Of a stretch of DNA of 64,000 nucleotides, positions 1 through 12,650 are shown piece by piece. The notes beneath the pieces were generated by a model. It did no database searches and had not been told where the DNA came from. It saw only the letters and a list, made by a program, of their open reading frames with translations. Every line of letters begins with the position of its first letter. The stretch's first letter is position 1. This DNA comes from Octopus vulgaris (taxonomy: Eukaryota), in assembly GCA_951406725.2 (NCBI GenBank), contig OX597822.1:63178001-63242000 (forward strand). Direction: 5' to 3'. Both the position numbers and the translations under genes were made by a program.

Positions 1-407
1 AGCGGCCTCTCCACCATCTCACTGGTCCAACCTTTTCTCAGCTTGATATTGGCTGGTCGAAGAAGTGGCTTCCTTCTTGCTGCTCTGCTACAGTAGCTAA
101 CTTTGTGAAGATACCTGACAGCTGTTCCGGGACTGACATCAACTTGTTCTGCTATGTCAGAGGCCTTGCAACGAGGATTATCCTCCACATTTCTCTTAAC
201 AAAGCGAATGCTCCCGTCAGAAGACCCTGGTCGACCTGGGTGAGGTGATATGGGCTCCTTCCTCTCTCTAATGAATTGCACAATCACTCCATTAACTGAA
301 GAAATCGGAATCCTAAGGTTTTCTGCGATTTTGCGCTAAGTCCGCCATCAGATTGACAGTCTATTTGAAATTCGGGTAGTTCCAAGGTTTTTTTTTTCTA
401 CGTGGCA
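1..407 (-). mobile_element. Tc1-like transposase N-terminal remnant (runs off window start)
   Basis: Minus-strand translation RKIAENLRIPISSVNGVIVQF...SPHPGRPGSS...VEDNPRCKASDIAEQVDVSPGTAVRYLHK...AARRKPLL: paired-like HTH, GRP motif and RRKPLL typical of Tc1 transposases; stop/frameshift near the start. Confidence 0.75.
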
Positions 408-2215
408 CGATTAAACAGTCACATATAGAACTTGAGACATTAAAATGCCAATTAATACAAAATATATACATTTTCAGGTGAAAATAAACAGAAAATGGTA
501 TTTTATGGCGTGTCTATTTACTTATGCCATGTGTGTGTATGTATATATATATGTGTGTGTGCGTATGCACTATTTGTGTATGTGTGTGGGTCGCTACTCG
601 GAATTTCTCGTCCCCGATCCCTCAATGATTTATTATAGTATTTGTAAAAATTGCTTATATTCACCGACTGGACTTTTTCAGTTCCCGCTAGACGTGCAGA
701 CATTTTTTTTTTTTATAATTTATGTTCCACAGATTGGCATATAGCACTGAATGAAAAGTTGCAAAAATATTAATAGGAAAACTTCTGTCTTAAGTATTTC
801 CAAAAATCATTCTCAAGAAAGTGTTGTGTGAAGAACTTTATTATACATAAATGCATAAGAACTGTAAGAAAACATATAAATACATAAGAAATATTGGTAA
901 AATATCTATAGATGTATTTCTCTGTTTAGAACTATAATTTTTGCCCAAGCTTTCGTTAGCTGTAAGGAATATTTTTATAATGGTGAATGTAAAATTTACA
1001 TTAAAGTGGTTTTCTGTATACATGTGTGTGGAAGGGGATACAGATATTTCTCTTGCATGTCAAATTTTAATTGGCTCTTATTTGTCATAAGGAAACTTTT
1101 TTGCTAACATTGTACATATTTAAGTTAAAATAATTTTGGTTTTTGATTGTATGATTATTCATCCAGACGTTTCTTGGATATAATGACTTGTGAAATTGAA
1201 ATCTTACAAATGTTTTTTGTTGTTGGTTTGAATTTTATGAGACTTAATCAAGCCGAGAAGCTGTTGGCTGTTGTCATGCATTGGTTATGCACTGTGGTGA
1301 GTTGCAGATGTAGATGGTGACTGTGTTGATTTATGTTTAGAGATAAAAATGGGGGAATAAATTTATAACTATTTCAGTTAATTTTAAACAAGAATGAAAT
1401 GGAAAAAGTAGATTGGCGGAAGAAAAGAAAGAATAACGAAGCATGTTGCGAAAAAGAAAAAGTCTAATCATTTTATCTGAAGAGAGGGACTGATGGAATG
1501 TAAAATATAGTTTTTAATGGAATGTAGAATCAATTTCAAAAAATATATCTATTAGAAAATATACACGTTAAACGGATCCTGTATGAGCAAACACATACTT
1601 GCTCACATAATTCAAAGCTGTACGTCTAACATTGCATCACACTTATCATAAACCAACGGCAGTAACTATCACCCCCACACGATGGCGTTTGTATCATAAA
1701 ATCATTCATGACTTACCGATGTTTCCCTGACAATAACATACCCAAATCTAGATTCTACGAATATGCTCGTTCCTTCAGAACCACCAACAAAAGCACAGCT
1801 TGTCTAAATTCATTTCTACTCTAAATGACCGACAATGGAATCAAACTCCTAATTCTACCTACAAATCAATACCATTTTAGCTTAAATATATTCATGGTTA
1901 AAAATTCTGTCTTCTTCAAAATAAAACTAAAGCCATCTATAGTTTAATATAGCAAATAAATTTATGTATTTTGTTGCGTCTCAAGAACGTCATTATGCCA
2001 ATAATAAACACACGCACGGGTTTTATTTCATTTCTTTCTTTTCACTTTTTAATTGGACAAATAGTTAGTCAATTAACGAATTAAATAATAAAGAACTGAA
2101 ATAGAACCAGCACATGTATTTTTGGCAGAATTACCCACATGTGATACAACAAAATATGTTTCAACATGCGACATCACATCAAGAAATTTACAACCTAAAT
2201 GCTAAAAGAAGTAAA

Positions 2216-2218
<3 letters not shown>

Positions 2219-2271
<53 letters not shown>

Positions 2272-2441
2272 AGAGAGAGAGAGAGAGAGAGCCAACAACT
2301 GATGAAGGCTCGTTCTTTGTGGTGATGTTTGTCTTGTTTTTCATTTGTGTCTTTCGTTGTTCGAAAAAATAGTTCATATTCCATGTACTCGTACTTCGTA
2401 TTCTTTGTTGTACACATTTCGTGACGTACTCTGCCCACATA

Positions 2442-2518
<77 letters not shown>

Positions 2519-2572
2519 TGTATGTATGTATGTATGTATGTATATATATGTAGGTATGTATGTATGTATATG

Positions 2573-2622
<50 letters not shown>

Positions 2623-2682
2623 CATATATATATATATACATATATATATATATTATATATGTAGTATATATACGTATATATA

Positions 2683-2720
<38 letters not shown>

Positions 2721-2758
2721 ATAGATGTAAGTATGCACATATACGTATGTATATATGC

Positions 2759-2810
<52 letters not shown>

Positions 2811-2849
2811 ATGTATAGATGTAAGTATGCACATATACGTATGTATATA

Positions 2850-2888
<39 letters not shown>

Positions 2889-2905
2889 TTTATATTATAT
2901 ATATA
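2219..2905. repeat. Compound (TA)n/(GA)n/(TATG)n/(TG)n microsatellite block
   Basis: Seen directly; contains a twice-repeated ~45-bp unit GTATAGATGTAAGTATGCACATATACGTATG; explains the spurious YI/HT ORFs. Confidence 0.95.
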
Positions 2906-3962
2906 CACATATGCATACATACAGACACGCGCACGCTCGCGCTATTTGTGGATTAATAAGGTTACCATAGATTTCATAAATAAAGAATTTTTATCCTCCA
3001 ATGAGGTGTTGAGCACTCATTCTCATTATTCGCTATTAGCGTATGTGTTTCTATGTGTGTATGTGTGTGTGTATTATTTATACACATCCATAAATAAAAA
3101 AAAATATCTATTTTAATATTAATTTCGCACACACTTTCTCTATTGATAAAGAATCACTTTCTTGCCAAACAAAACTAGATCCAAATTTATAGTTAAATGT
3201 ATAAAAATATATCCGTTCTTTTATTAACTTTCTATACATATTTGTTGCAACTGGATATATTTATAAGTTCGCCACAGAGGATTTTTATTTGAATTTCTAT
3301 TGAGATAATTCTTCCAGAAATCTTTTTTATTGTAATTTTTATATTTTTATATATATCTGTGGTACTTCAAATTTCCTGCCAAGTTGTTTTCAGTGGGAAC
3401 TGATCAATCTCACCCGGTGCATATAACCAACTTTAAACAGACTGCAATCCGTCAACTGTGAATCGGAATGTGAAATTTTGATAAACGGCTCACTCAAATT
3501 CAACTTTGAATAAATATCATTCCACCCTACTTACAGTATTGAGTACTTCCTTTTGTTTAAATATATTTCACACGAGTGTTATATAATGAAGTTGTTGTTG
3601 TTGTTGTGTGTGTATGTGTATGAAGAACTGCAGACAACATCTGACTGACATACGTAATGGAAAATATCATTATATTCCCTAATACTAAAAACCTACAAAC
3701 CCATAACATGTACTCCTATTCTTCACAAAGCTTTAATTACAATAATATCGCAGAGAACAGAGAGACATCTGGAAACCAAAAACGTGAGTCCAAAGGAGCT
3801 GAACGTTTATTATAACGGATCGTATGGCTGTAAAGATCAGTTATAGGTCAAGAAGGCCAAAACCGAACACTAAAAGACGGGCCAAAGAGTGACATGGAAT
3901 GGTTGCGAGGTTTTTACAATATTCTCCCCAGACCTACGTGAATCCTAGAAACATTAGCCATA

Positions 3963-4363
3963 CTCTTTATTTTTTACTCTTTTACTTGTTTCAGTCATTT
4001 GACTGTGGCCATGCTGGAGCACCGCTTTTAGTCGAGCAATTCGACCCCAGCACTTATTTTTTGTAAGCCTAGTACTTATTCTATCGGATCTCTTTTTTGT
4101 CGAACCGCTAAGTTACGGGGACGTAAACACACCAGCATCGGTTGTCAAGCGATGTTGGGAGGACAAACACAGACACACGCACATATATATACATATATAC
4201 GACAGGCTTCTTTCAGTTTCCGTCTACCAAATCCACTCACAAGGCTTTGGTAGGCCCGAAGCTATAGTAGAAGACACTTGCCCGAGGTGCCACGCAGTGG
4301 GACTGAACCTGAAACCATGTGGTTGGTAAGCGAGCTACTTACCACACAGCCACTCCTGCGCCT
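3963..4363 (-). mobile_element. tRNA-derived SINE, family A
   Basis: Head GGCGCAGGAGTGGCTGTGTGGTAAG...GGTTCAGTCCC (A/B boxes), CORE-like GGGCAAGT, internal microsatellite, GTAAAAGA tail; many near-identical copies in the window. Confidence 0.9.
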
Positions 4364-4806
4364 ATAGTAAAGCCATGAGTAAAGTTGTACCAGTAATTCT
4401 TTCTTTATTGGGTACAAGAGCCGCAAGTTGCACCAATAATAAGCAATAAATATATATGCATTCTCATATCATGGGTGAACGACAAACAAGGAATTATAGA
4501 AACTCACGCCTATCTGTATTAAAGATATCCTAAAAATATATAATATACCCCCGCCGCTCTTTTTCTGCCTAGTGCTAATAGATTTAGCCAGCTCACTAAG
4601 CAAGACTTGGACTTAGGTACAAATACCATGGGGAGACACTCAACCATTTGCTTGTATATGGACGACCTCAAGTTATACGCTGTTGGTGCTAGATAATTAG
4701 AGAGTAGACAAATTTGGTAGGAGAATTGATTCGGATTAGAAAAATGCGTCCAGTTAGAAAAGAAGAAAAAAAAAGAGAATTCTACTATCATAATAGAGTT
4801 TTTAAA

Positions 4807-4965
4807 GGAGTGGCTGTGTGGTAAGTAGCTTGCTTACCAACCACATGGTTCCGGGTTCGGTCCCACTGCGTGGCACCTTGGGCAAGTGTCTTCTACTATA
4901 GCCCTGGGCCGACCAAAGCCTTGTGAGTGGATTTGGTAGACGGAAACTGAAAGAAGCCCGTCGTA

Positions 4966-5009
<44 letters not shown>

Positions 5010-5255
5010 TGTGTGTGTGTGTTTGTGTGTCTGTGTTTGTCAGACACACAAGCATGTCCCCCTAGCATTGCTTGACAACCGATGCTGGTGTGTTTATGTC
5101 CCCGTTACTTAGCGGTTCGGCAAAAGAGACCGATAGAATAAGTACTGGGCTTACAAAAGAATAAGTCCCGGGGTCGAGTTGCTCGATTAAAGGCGGTGCT
5201 CCAGCATGGCCGCAGTCAAATGACTGAAACAAGTAAAAGAGTAAAAGAGAGTAAA
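4807..5255 (+). mobile_element. tRNA-derived SINE, family A
   Basis: Full-length copy, inverted relative to the copy at 3963-4363. Confidence 0.9.
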
Positions 5256-5363
5256 GAGTAACAGAATTAGACAAAACACAGACCTAGAAATCAATTAAGT
5301 AGACAGATTATAATGCACAACATGAAAGGAAATTTAGAAAAGAATATTATAGACACTTTAGAA

Positions 5364-5950
5364 CAGTAGTTCTCGAGTTTTTGTAACTAAACGCTCTCTT
5401 CCACTTAATAGTAATTTACAGATCCCGCGCCCTTACCTTATCTTGCAAAAATCACAGCAGCTTATTTTATCGATACAGAATCTAAATTTATGCAGTGGTT
5501 TATTATCCATATTTTTGTACTCTCCTCTCCAGTATGTACGTCTTCTTAGATAATTGCATGAACTAGGGAAATTTGTGTTAAAGGTTGATAGATATTACTA
5601 AAGGAGGTGGAGATTATATAATGAAATCTGATTGGACCTTGGCATATCACCAGACATGTTTCTGCTCACTGATGTCACAATGCCCAACTCATATTCTAAC
5701 CCAATGATATTGTTCCTGATTTAAATATTTTATTTCAAAGAAAACTGAAGACGCCTCTAAACATCTAGTGACTCCCATGAGTAAACTTGTACCAGTAATT
5801 CTTTCTTTATTGGCTACGAGGGCCGCAAGTTGCACCAATAATAAGCAATAAATATATAAGCATTCTCATATCACTCCCTTCACATTTGCCGCCCATATGT
5901 GAGCTCACGACACCTCATAGGGTCGCTACCATCCAAATTAAGAACCCCTG
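5364..5950. mobile_element. hAT/Charlie-like MITE
   Basis: Ends CAGTAGTTCTC ... AGAACCCCTG resemble hAT TIRs; 8-bp TSD only partly matching (CTTTAGAA/CATAAGAT). Confidence 0.45.
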
Positions 5951-6481
5951 CATAAGATTACTACTATAGCAGGTACAATCATCCATCGTCCGATTTAGCA
6001 CCACCACCTGGTCCCTGGGCGCCGTTAGTAGAATCTGTTCTGCAGCAAACTCTCGACTTTAGTCTTCAAACTAAGAATAATTTCCACTCACCAGTCTCAA
6101 AGGCTCTGGAAGGGGTAATGAGCATTGATACACTCCTCTAACTAAGCCGCTAAAAAAACAACACTTAAAACAAAGCTAAATGCAAAAATAAGGTAATCAG
6201 CATCAATACTTTACTCGCACCAGAAATAAATTATGGATGCAGCCTCAACTGAAAACTAAATGAAAAACGAAAAAGATTACGAGTGCTTATTTTAAATTCA
6301 CACCTTAAATCTGATTACAACATCTTAAATCAGAGTATAAGATCTGAAATCTGACAGAGAAAACATTGGAAAATATTTACCACAAATACAATGAGACAGA
6401 AGCCTTATGCTATGAGAAAATTATGAAAAATATCCATATTAGGACTATTAATATCTAGAGAGGAACCATGGAAAACTAGTA

Positions 6482-6517
<36 letters not shown>

Positions 6518-6639
6518 TATCAAGTTCCCTTAACTGATGGAGTCAGTAGTTGCAGTGCCACTCTAGACGCTTTTATAGTCAGCCGTCACCGTTGGTTTCT
6601 TTTATCTGTGATGAGAAGCAAGATCACGGTGTAATATGC

Positions 6640-7074
6640 TGTCCAGCCCTTGATGTTGTCAGACCTCATCTATGGTAACCTTAGCTCTACTGCTAGGCAT
6701 CGAGACCGCCCACTCCTCCGTTATATAGACACTCTAAAAAACTGCTTGAAAACCTACAAGGTAAACCTGAAAACAAGAGAAGCGGAAGCAATGAATGGAG
6801 AAATTTTTGCTACCAGTGGAGAAATCCTTGCTACAAAGCCATCTTCGATTTTGGAGTGCCCAGGATCAACACTCTGGAGGAGAAAAGGGCTCAGTATACA
6901 GCCAGGTCTAATTTACTCGCAAATGACGGAGACCACTACTGCAACATCAGCAGCCGGATCTGCAAAATCTGGATAGCCCTGAATTCTCAGAATAGACGAC
7001 ACGTCATAACATCAAACTAAGAACATTATGCAGCTATCCTACTAATCTCTCATTCGTCGAAGCGATGAGAGCCC

Positions 7075-7076
<2 letters not shown>
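6640..7076 (+). mobile_element. RTE-like LINE 3' fragment
   Basis: LIYGNLSSTARHRDRPLLRYIDTLKNCLK resembles the RTE post-RT 'LYGEL..G.R..GRP..RY.D.LK' motif; followed by a degenerate C-terminal zinc finger and a (CA)n tail. Confidence 0.7.
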
Positions 7077-7107
<31 letters not shown>

Positions 7108-7110
<3 letters not shown>

Positions 7111-7509
7111 TGAGTGGACAAACGAAATAAGGACGCTCAACACATTTATTGGGAGTTACATGTATGGATCAAAACAGTTTGATTCAATTTCTTTGGTACT
7201 TTAAGTTTCAAGGCGTGATGCTAGTCCTCCCTTTCCTACTTCCTCTCCAAACACGCAACCGGTTTCCTGTCCACCATACAGTCGATTTCCAATTCATCAT
7301 GCAGTATTTTCCAGGTAATTGTTGTCGCTGAAATACCAACATCAAACTGTGACACCGAGTGACTTTTCTCGACCAATCGCAGCCCATCCACCGATAATAA
7401 CATTTGACTTTCTCCAACTGATCTCTCATTCAAATTTCCAATAGCTGAGAATAAGCATTACGCTTTTAAACTTAAGGTACCAAAGGAATTTGAATCAAAG
7501 TGGTTTGAT

Positions 7510-7511
<2 letters not shown>
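7108..7511. mobile_element. Non-autonomous DNA element with ~43-bp inverted repeats (7166-7208 / 7468-7511)
   Basis: GGATCAAAACAGTTTGATTCAATTTCTTTGGTACTTTAAGTTT versus AAACTTAAGGTACCAAAGGAATTTGAATCAAAGTGGTTTGATCC; deleted sister copy at 56699-56772. Confidence 0.7.
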
Positions 7512-7567
<56 letters not shown>

Positions 7568-7779
7568 ATTAATTAAAAGCACCGCTAATGTTGTAAATAT
7601 CATCGACCACACATACTAAATATATGTGTTTTGCTTGTTTACTGGTACGCCGCTCTACTGCGGTGAGGATGACTCCCTCAAAGCGCTGGATATTAAAACA
7701 CCTGAAAGTCATAGACAGGTGAGACAACTCGTCTCCAGTCCCATTCGAAGGTGATGGATACCGATATTTCACCATTTTT

Positions 7780-8143
7780 GTGGCACGCCGGGCGAAATGC
7801 TTAGCGGTATTTCGTCTGTCGTTACGTTCTGAGTTCAAATTCCGCCGAGGTCGACTTTGCCTTTCATCCTTTCGGGGTCGATATAATCGACTTAATCCGT
7901 TTGTCTGTCCTTGTTTGTCCCCTCTGTGTGTAGCTCCTTGCGGGCAGAAAAGAAATAGGTATTTCGTCTGCCGTTACGTTCTGAGTTCATATTCCGCCGG
8001 GGTCGACTTTGCCTTTCATCCTTTCGGAGTCGATAAATTAAGTACCAGTTATACACTGGGGTCGATGTAATCGACTTAATCCCTTTGTCTGTCCTTGTTT
8101 TTCCCCTCAATGTTTAGCCCCTTGTGGGCAATAAAGAAATAAG
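7780..8143 (+). mobile_element. SINE family B (Meta-domain-like), tandem partial dimer
   Basis: GAGTTCAAATTCC B box followed by GTCGACTTTGCCTTTCATCCTTTCGGGGTCGATAAA; repeated at 18870-19600, 20977-21405, 39465-39667, 47450-47605, 50541-50810, 57462-57675. Confidence 0.8.
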
Positions 8144-8815
8144 TAATAAGACTTGTCGTTCCTGCTTCAAAAGTTCCAGGGTATGATATGAGAAAGATTT
8201 GGCAGCTATTTCTAGCACGTCTAACGACGGTATAGAGATACAGTAAGTGGATGCGTGGGCATAGCCAAGTCACTGCCAAGCAATGGAGGCGAAAATTGAT
8301 TAGTGTTTAGAAGAGCGGTCGTATTGAGAGATTTTCATGTACCGGTTTCAATTTCTTTGGGTTCAGTCCCACTGTACGGCACCTGAGACGGCCAATACCT
8401 TCTAGGTAAATCTGGTAGTTGGATATTGTATTGAACCCCATCGTATATATGTGTGTATGTGTGTATGTGTGTGTGCGTGTGTGTGTGCTTATGTGTCTAT
8501 GAGCGAGAGTCTTTGTGGCTGTATTTGTCCCCCACTCCACCGCTTGACAACTTCTGTAGGTTTGTTCACGCTCTGTAACCCCGTAACTTAGCGGTTCAAC
8601 AATAAAGATCCCACATAATGACTACCAGACTTTATAAGGAAATACTGGAGTCGATCTGTTCGATTAAGACCCTTCAAAGAGCTGTCCCGGCATGGCCGCA
8701 TTCCAATGACTGAAACAGGGGGATGTGGCGTTACGTCTCTCCAGGATGTTGAATGAAGACTTGTTGTTGTTAAAGCGGGTTCTTTCTGAAGGGCCCTTCT
8801 GTTGCCCCCACATAC

Positions 8816-8849
<34 letters not shown>

Positions 8850-9542
8850 GAGGGAGGGAGAGAGAGGGACGGCCTCTTCCACTTTACCACTGCCAAATCC
8901 ACTCAGAAGACTACAGTCAGAAGAAGACACTTCCCTAAGGTGTCATGCAGTAGGACTGAACGATGTGGTTGAGAAGTAAAAATTTTTCACAAAAAAGAGA
9001 AAGGAATAAACGCAATCTTGTGAAAGGATTTGAACTTTGCGTTACAACGTAAGCGATTGCTTGATCTGCATTAGAGAATGTAGAAGTCTCTCTCAAATAA
9101 CACCCGGCTGCTAAGAGAAAAGGGTGGATACGTTGGATTATGTAATCTAAAATACACTATGTTTGCTGAAAAACATTGGATGGTTGCGTCTTTACTCGGG
9201 TAGAATTTATTACGGGGATAAACAATTCACACACACTTGCGTGTGGAAACACTTATACTTTTTATTATAAGAACCAAAAGAAATGTTCGATGCTTCTTCC
9301 TAGTTTCGTAATGTTAAATCAATAAGAAAAATACCTCTCCCAATGTGATATCAAATCGTTAATCTATTGCAAAATGTTCAAAACACAGAGATACAAAGAA
9401 GAAAAATAGTTTTGTATTGAAATTACAGCGAACCAGATTAGTCTCCCTTGTATGAAAGAGTTATTTCCCTTAAACCTGCCATTACTGTGCATATTTACTA
9501 TAATTGTTGCTGTTATTGATGATAAACATGATCATTATGGTA

Positions 9543-9575
<33 letters not shown>

Positions 9576-9716
9576 CAGTGGAAGTTTCATTTTTTTCTTC
9601 TTTTCGTTCTTGTTTAGCCCCAGGTCAGTTCTGATCGAACAGACCTTATCAAAATGACCAATTTCTACAGATTTTCTAAATCTAAAATTTCTATATGCAC
9701 ACACACGCACGCACAT

Positions 9717-9789
<73 letters not shown>

Positions 9790-9790
<1 letters not shown>

Positions 9791-10902
9791 TAGCTGAAGG
9801 TGACCCGCTCTACGCGCGGGTAAGAGTGTGGTATATATATAAATGTATACAAATTATATATATATATATATATAAATACAGATATATACACTTTGTATAT
9901 ATACATTATATATACATATTTATATATAGATACACACACATATATATAAATTAACCCAATAAATATCTGATTCATAATATTTGTTCTCATGATTGTGCGC
10001 TTCCAATTATTGTAGTTGTATGAGTAATATTCCGGTACTTCAGGGTAAATGAGAGTAGCAGCAAACTCATCAACTGAACACAATTTAAAAAACGCTGTAA
10101 ACGTAGTCCCTTTTGGATTTTCAATGACTTGACGTGCATTTTTCTCTGTTGAAGTAAACCAGCTGTCTCTTCTGTAAATGAACATTCAGGTGGAAAACTG
10201 ATGGTGAACTTAGATGAATCTCGTATCGAAAAATGCGCCACGCTGCATAATTGGAGGATACATACCTACCCAAAACGAATTGTTTAATTTCGTCATGTCT
10301 AAGGTCTTCATCACTGAACACAAACACGGCCATATCATCGCCCTTATTAATGTACTTGCAGAGGTATTGTATGCATCTCACCGAACTGCAGTACTCAACA
10401 TTAATGTGTGCATTAAATGTTTTGGAAAGCAAAGGGTTGAATGGAACAATCCAGGCATTATCAACATCGAATGTTATTAACCGTTGTCTAACTCTAGCTG
10501 TGCGGCCACCCAAACCTGTGTGGTGGTGGCGATGATAATTGTCTGTATGAATGCAGACAGACGTGTAGAGAGAGAGTGTGTGAAAGCGCTGTAGAACGCC
10601 GTTTGACGAATCGACGTTATATATAGAATGTGATGGGAAGGGAGGAAATAGAGTGAGTGAGTGAGGAAGACAGATACATAAAAGACTGAGAGTGGACTTG
10701 TCAAAGTGGGTTTTTGGCCCTAGCAACGACACCTTTCAAGATAGGGATTTCTAACGTAGCCCACGGGCATCGTCACCTCATTTTACATGTCCCTGTAAAT
10801 TTTGGAGTCAATCCGACGGGATGTAGTGGCGTTGAAAGCGGGCCAAGCGGTCGAGTCAAACAAACAAACAAACTTTTCGCATTTCAGTTTTATAAATAGA
10901 GA
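9790..10902 (-). mobile_element. Internally deleted Helitron with Rep-domain fragment
   Basis: 5' TC at 10902, 3' hairpin CCCGCGCGTAGAGCGGG then CTAG at 9793-9790, inserted between A and T; ORF 10121-10732 has DNAWIVPFNPLLSKTFNAHINVEYCSSVRCIQYLCKYINKGDD (Helitron Rep catalytic Tyr motif). Confidence 0.9.
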
Positions 10903-10924
10903 TATAATATATATATAAAGTAAG

Positions 10925-12650
10925 TTAAGTCTATGTCCTTTCATAGGGTGACCAGTGATTTCGCATCCACAAAGGGCTTAGCCCCCTGAACGTCTCGTCA
11001 TACTTTAAAGCTGAAGACCAATCTAACTCTTCACCTCAAGGAGACAGGAATCTGTTATTGTCATCTGGTCAACAAGTCAGCAAAGAATAAATAGTCCGGG
11101 TGGGGGTAGCAGTGAGGACGGGTTATCTGCCTTAGATCAATTCTTGTGAGTCAAAAGAGGGGTTTCCCCACAACCACTACCATGGTCTAATTTTGGTCCG
11201 CAAGGACCCTTCTGAATCTAATCGGAGAACGAAGAATCTCATGCTTGCAGCAGGTAGCGTTTGAAATTGGTGTGACAGCTGTAAATTTCCGGGCAAGTGT
11301 TCAGTGATGCAGGTTTCAGGGAGCCTTCGACTATCCTTGCTCGCTCGGACTTGCAGCGTTCGCTTCCGTTAATATCGGTTCCCAACCGCTCTAAGATCCT
11401 CCACTTGATATCGTATAGGGCCCCTTCATCTTTGAGGCCCTACATGTGACTGGCCAGGGATGTGACAAATCGTCTTTCCGGAATCCTGAAAGAGTACCAG
11501 TGGTTGTACGAGTGTCGCTTGAAGGTAGTTCCGGCTGACCCGATATATTTCCAGACTTGGGTGTTTGTTGTGCTCATATTACTGGCGCTTCTTCGGTTGA
11601 CTCCGGGCCTGGAGATGCTGTTGTTGTCACCGGTGTTGCTGGAGCTGCCATCAATGCTGTTATCACTACGAGGCGTGAGTCCGGCGATATCGCTACGGCT
11701 GTTATCGTTGTGGTAGTCATCCGCAGCCGTGGTGTTGGCGCTACTACCGTCGATGGTGACGTAGGTGCCGTCGTTCATAATATTGGATGTGGGGCCGGTA
11801 GCTAAATAGTAATATTTGGTGTATGGTCGGTAGCTAAATGAGTGGCTGTGTGGTGAGACCCTTGCTTCGCAACCATCCTTTTCTGTCGTAGTACTGCTGC
11901 TGGGGTCATTGGCGTTAGTGATAGTGTCTCTGCTGCTGTTGTTGTTGCTGATACCGTCGACGTTGTTGGATGCTATTACTATTGCCGCTAGGTCTGGGTG
12001 TCACCACAGTCTCGTAGATGACTCCTTCGGCTTCGAATGCACCTCCCACTGGACAGTCGTTGTACACCCTGCAAGAGCAACGGGCTTCCTCCCGCTTTTT
12101 ATGAGTGTTATTCAATATACTTTTCATGTTGGGTGCACAACTAAAGGAGACCCTTAGGTTATGTCTACTGAACAAACGTCCGTATCTGTGTGTCTGCGTG
12201 ATATGTTTGTCTACTAGCCTGAGGAATATTCGTCCCACACAAATCTTGACGCTGAGTGAGGAGGGTAAAGCAAACCAAACGACCGGCGTTTCCTTTTATG
12301 GGCGTTAGGGCCTAACATGTAGGAGATGCAATCTTTAAACCCACAGGATGCCAGTACCTCTTTGTAGTAGGGGGCGGCGGCAGCGAGAATCTTTTGACTT
12401 GAGAATACATTCGAGATCATCTTGCTGACACTTTTCACTAGATTCTTGAACATGATAGTGAAGGTGACAGAGGCTGTGTTGATGTAGGACAGCCTCTCGT
12501 TTGGCTTGCGATAAGGCCTGTGTGTACCGGAGCCCAAGTGTAGGGTGACATCTAGGAAGTCTACGATAGTGAGGTTCGTCTTGATAGTAATTTTCAAGCC
12601 CATTGAGCCTAGGGCACTAATCAGGTCCTTTCTAGGCCTATGTGGGACCT
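10925..12650 (-). mobile_element. 5'-truncated Penelope-like element (RT C-terminus + GIY-YIG endonuclease), decayed
   Basis: GLKITIKTNLTIVDFLDVTLHLGSGTHRPYRKPN (RT), LRVSFSCAPNMKSIL...CSCR...CPVGG...GVIYE, then WKYIGSAGTTFKRHSYNH...SF (GIY-YIG); frameshifts and stops; degenerate hammerhead at the 3' end. Confidence 0.9.
10938..11010 (-). ncRNA. Degenerate hammerhead ribozyme in the Penelope 3' pseudo-LTR
   Basis: Minus: CTTTAAAGT-aTGACGA-GACGTTCA...TGGATGC-GAAA-TCACTG-GTC-ACCCTATGAAAG; C3 mutated, stem I eroded. Confidence 0.5.

Larger units (their letters stand above)
4540..6480 (+). mobile_element. Highly decayed R4/Dong-like non-LTR retrotransposon RT remnant interrupted by a SINE and a MITE
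   Basis: PLFFCLVL (~4554) and LNHL.YMDDLKLYA (~4638-4681) RT motif; KTKLNAK.NKVISINTLLAPEINYG (~6167-6238); boundaries approximate. Confidence 0.6.

Noticed and set aside
2290-2375. AACAA-CTGATGA-AGGC possible hammerhead
   Set aside because: No correctly placed GAAA and NUH before the complementary GTTGTT
2114-3116. Long ORFs up to 208 aa rich in YI/HT/VC
   Set aside because: Translations of microsatellites
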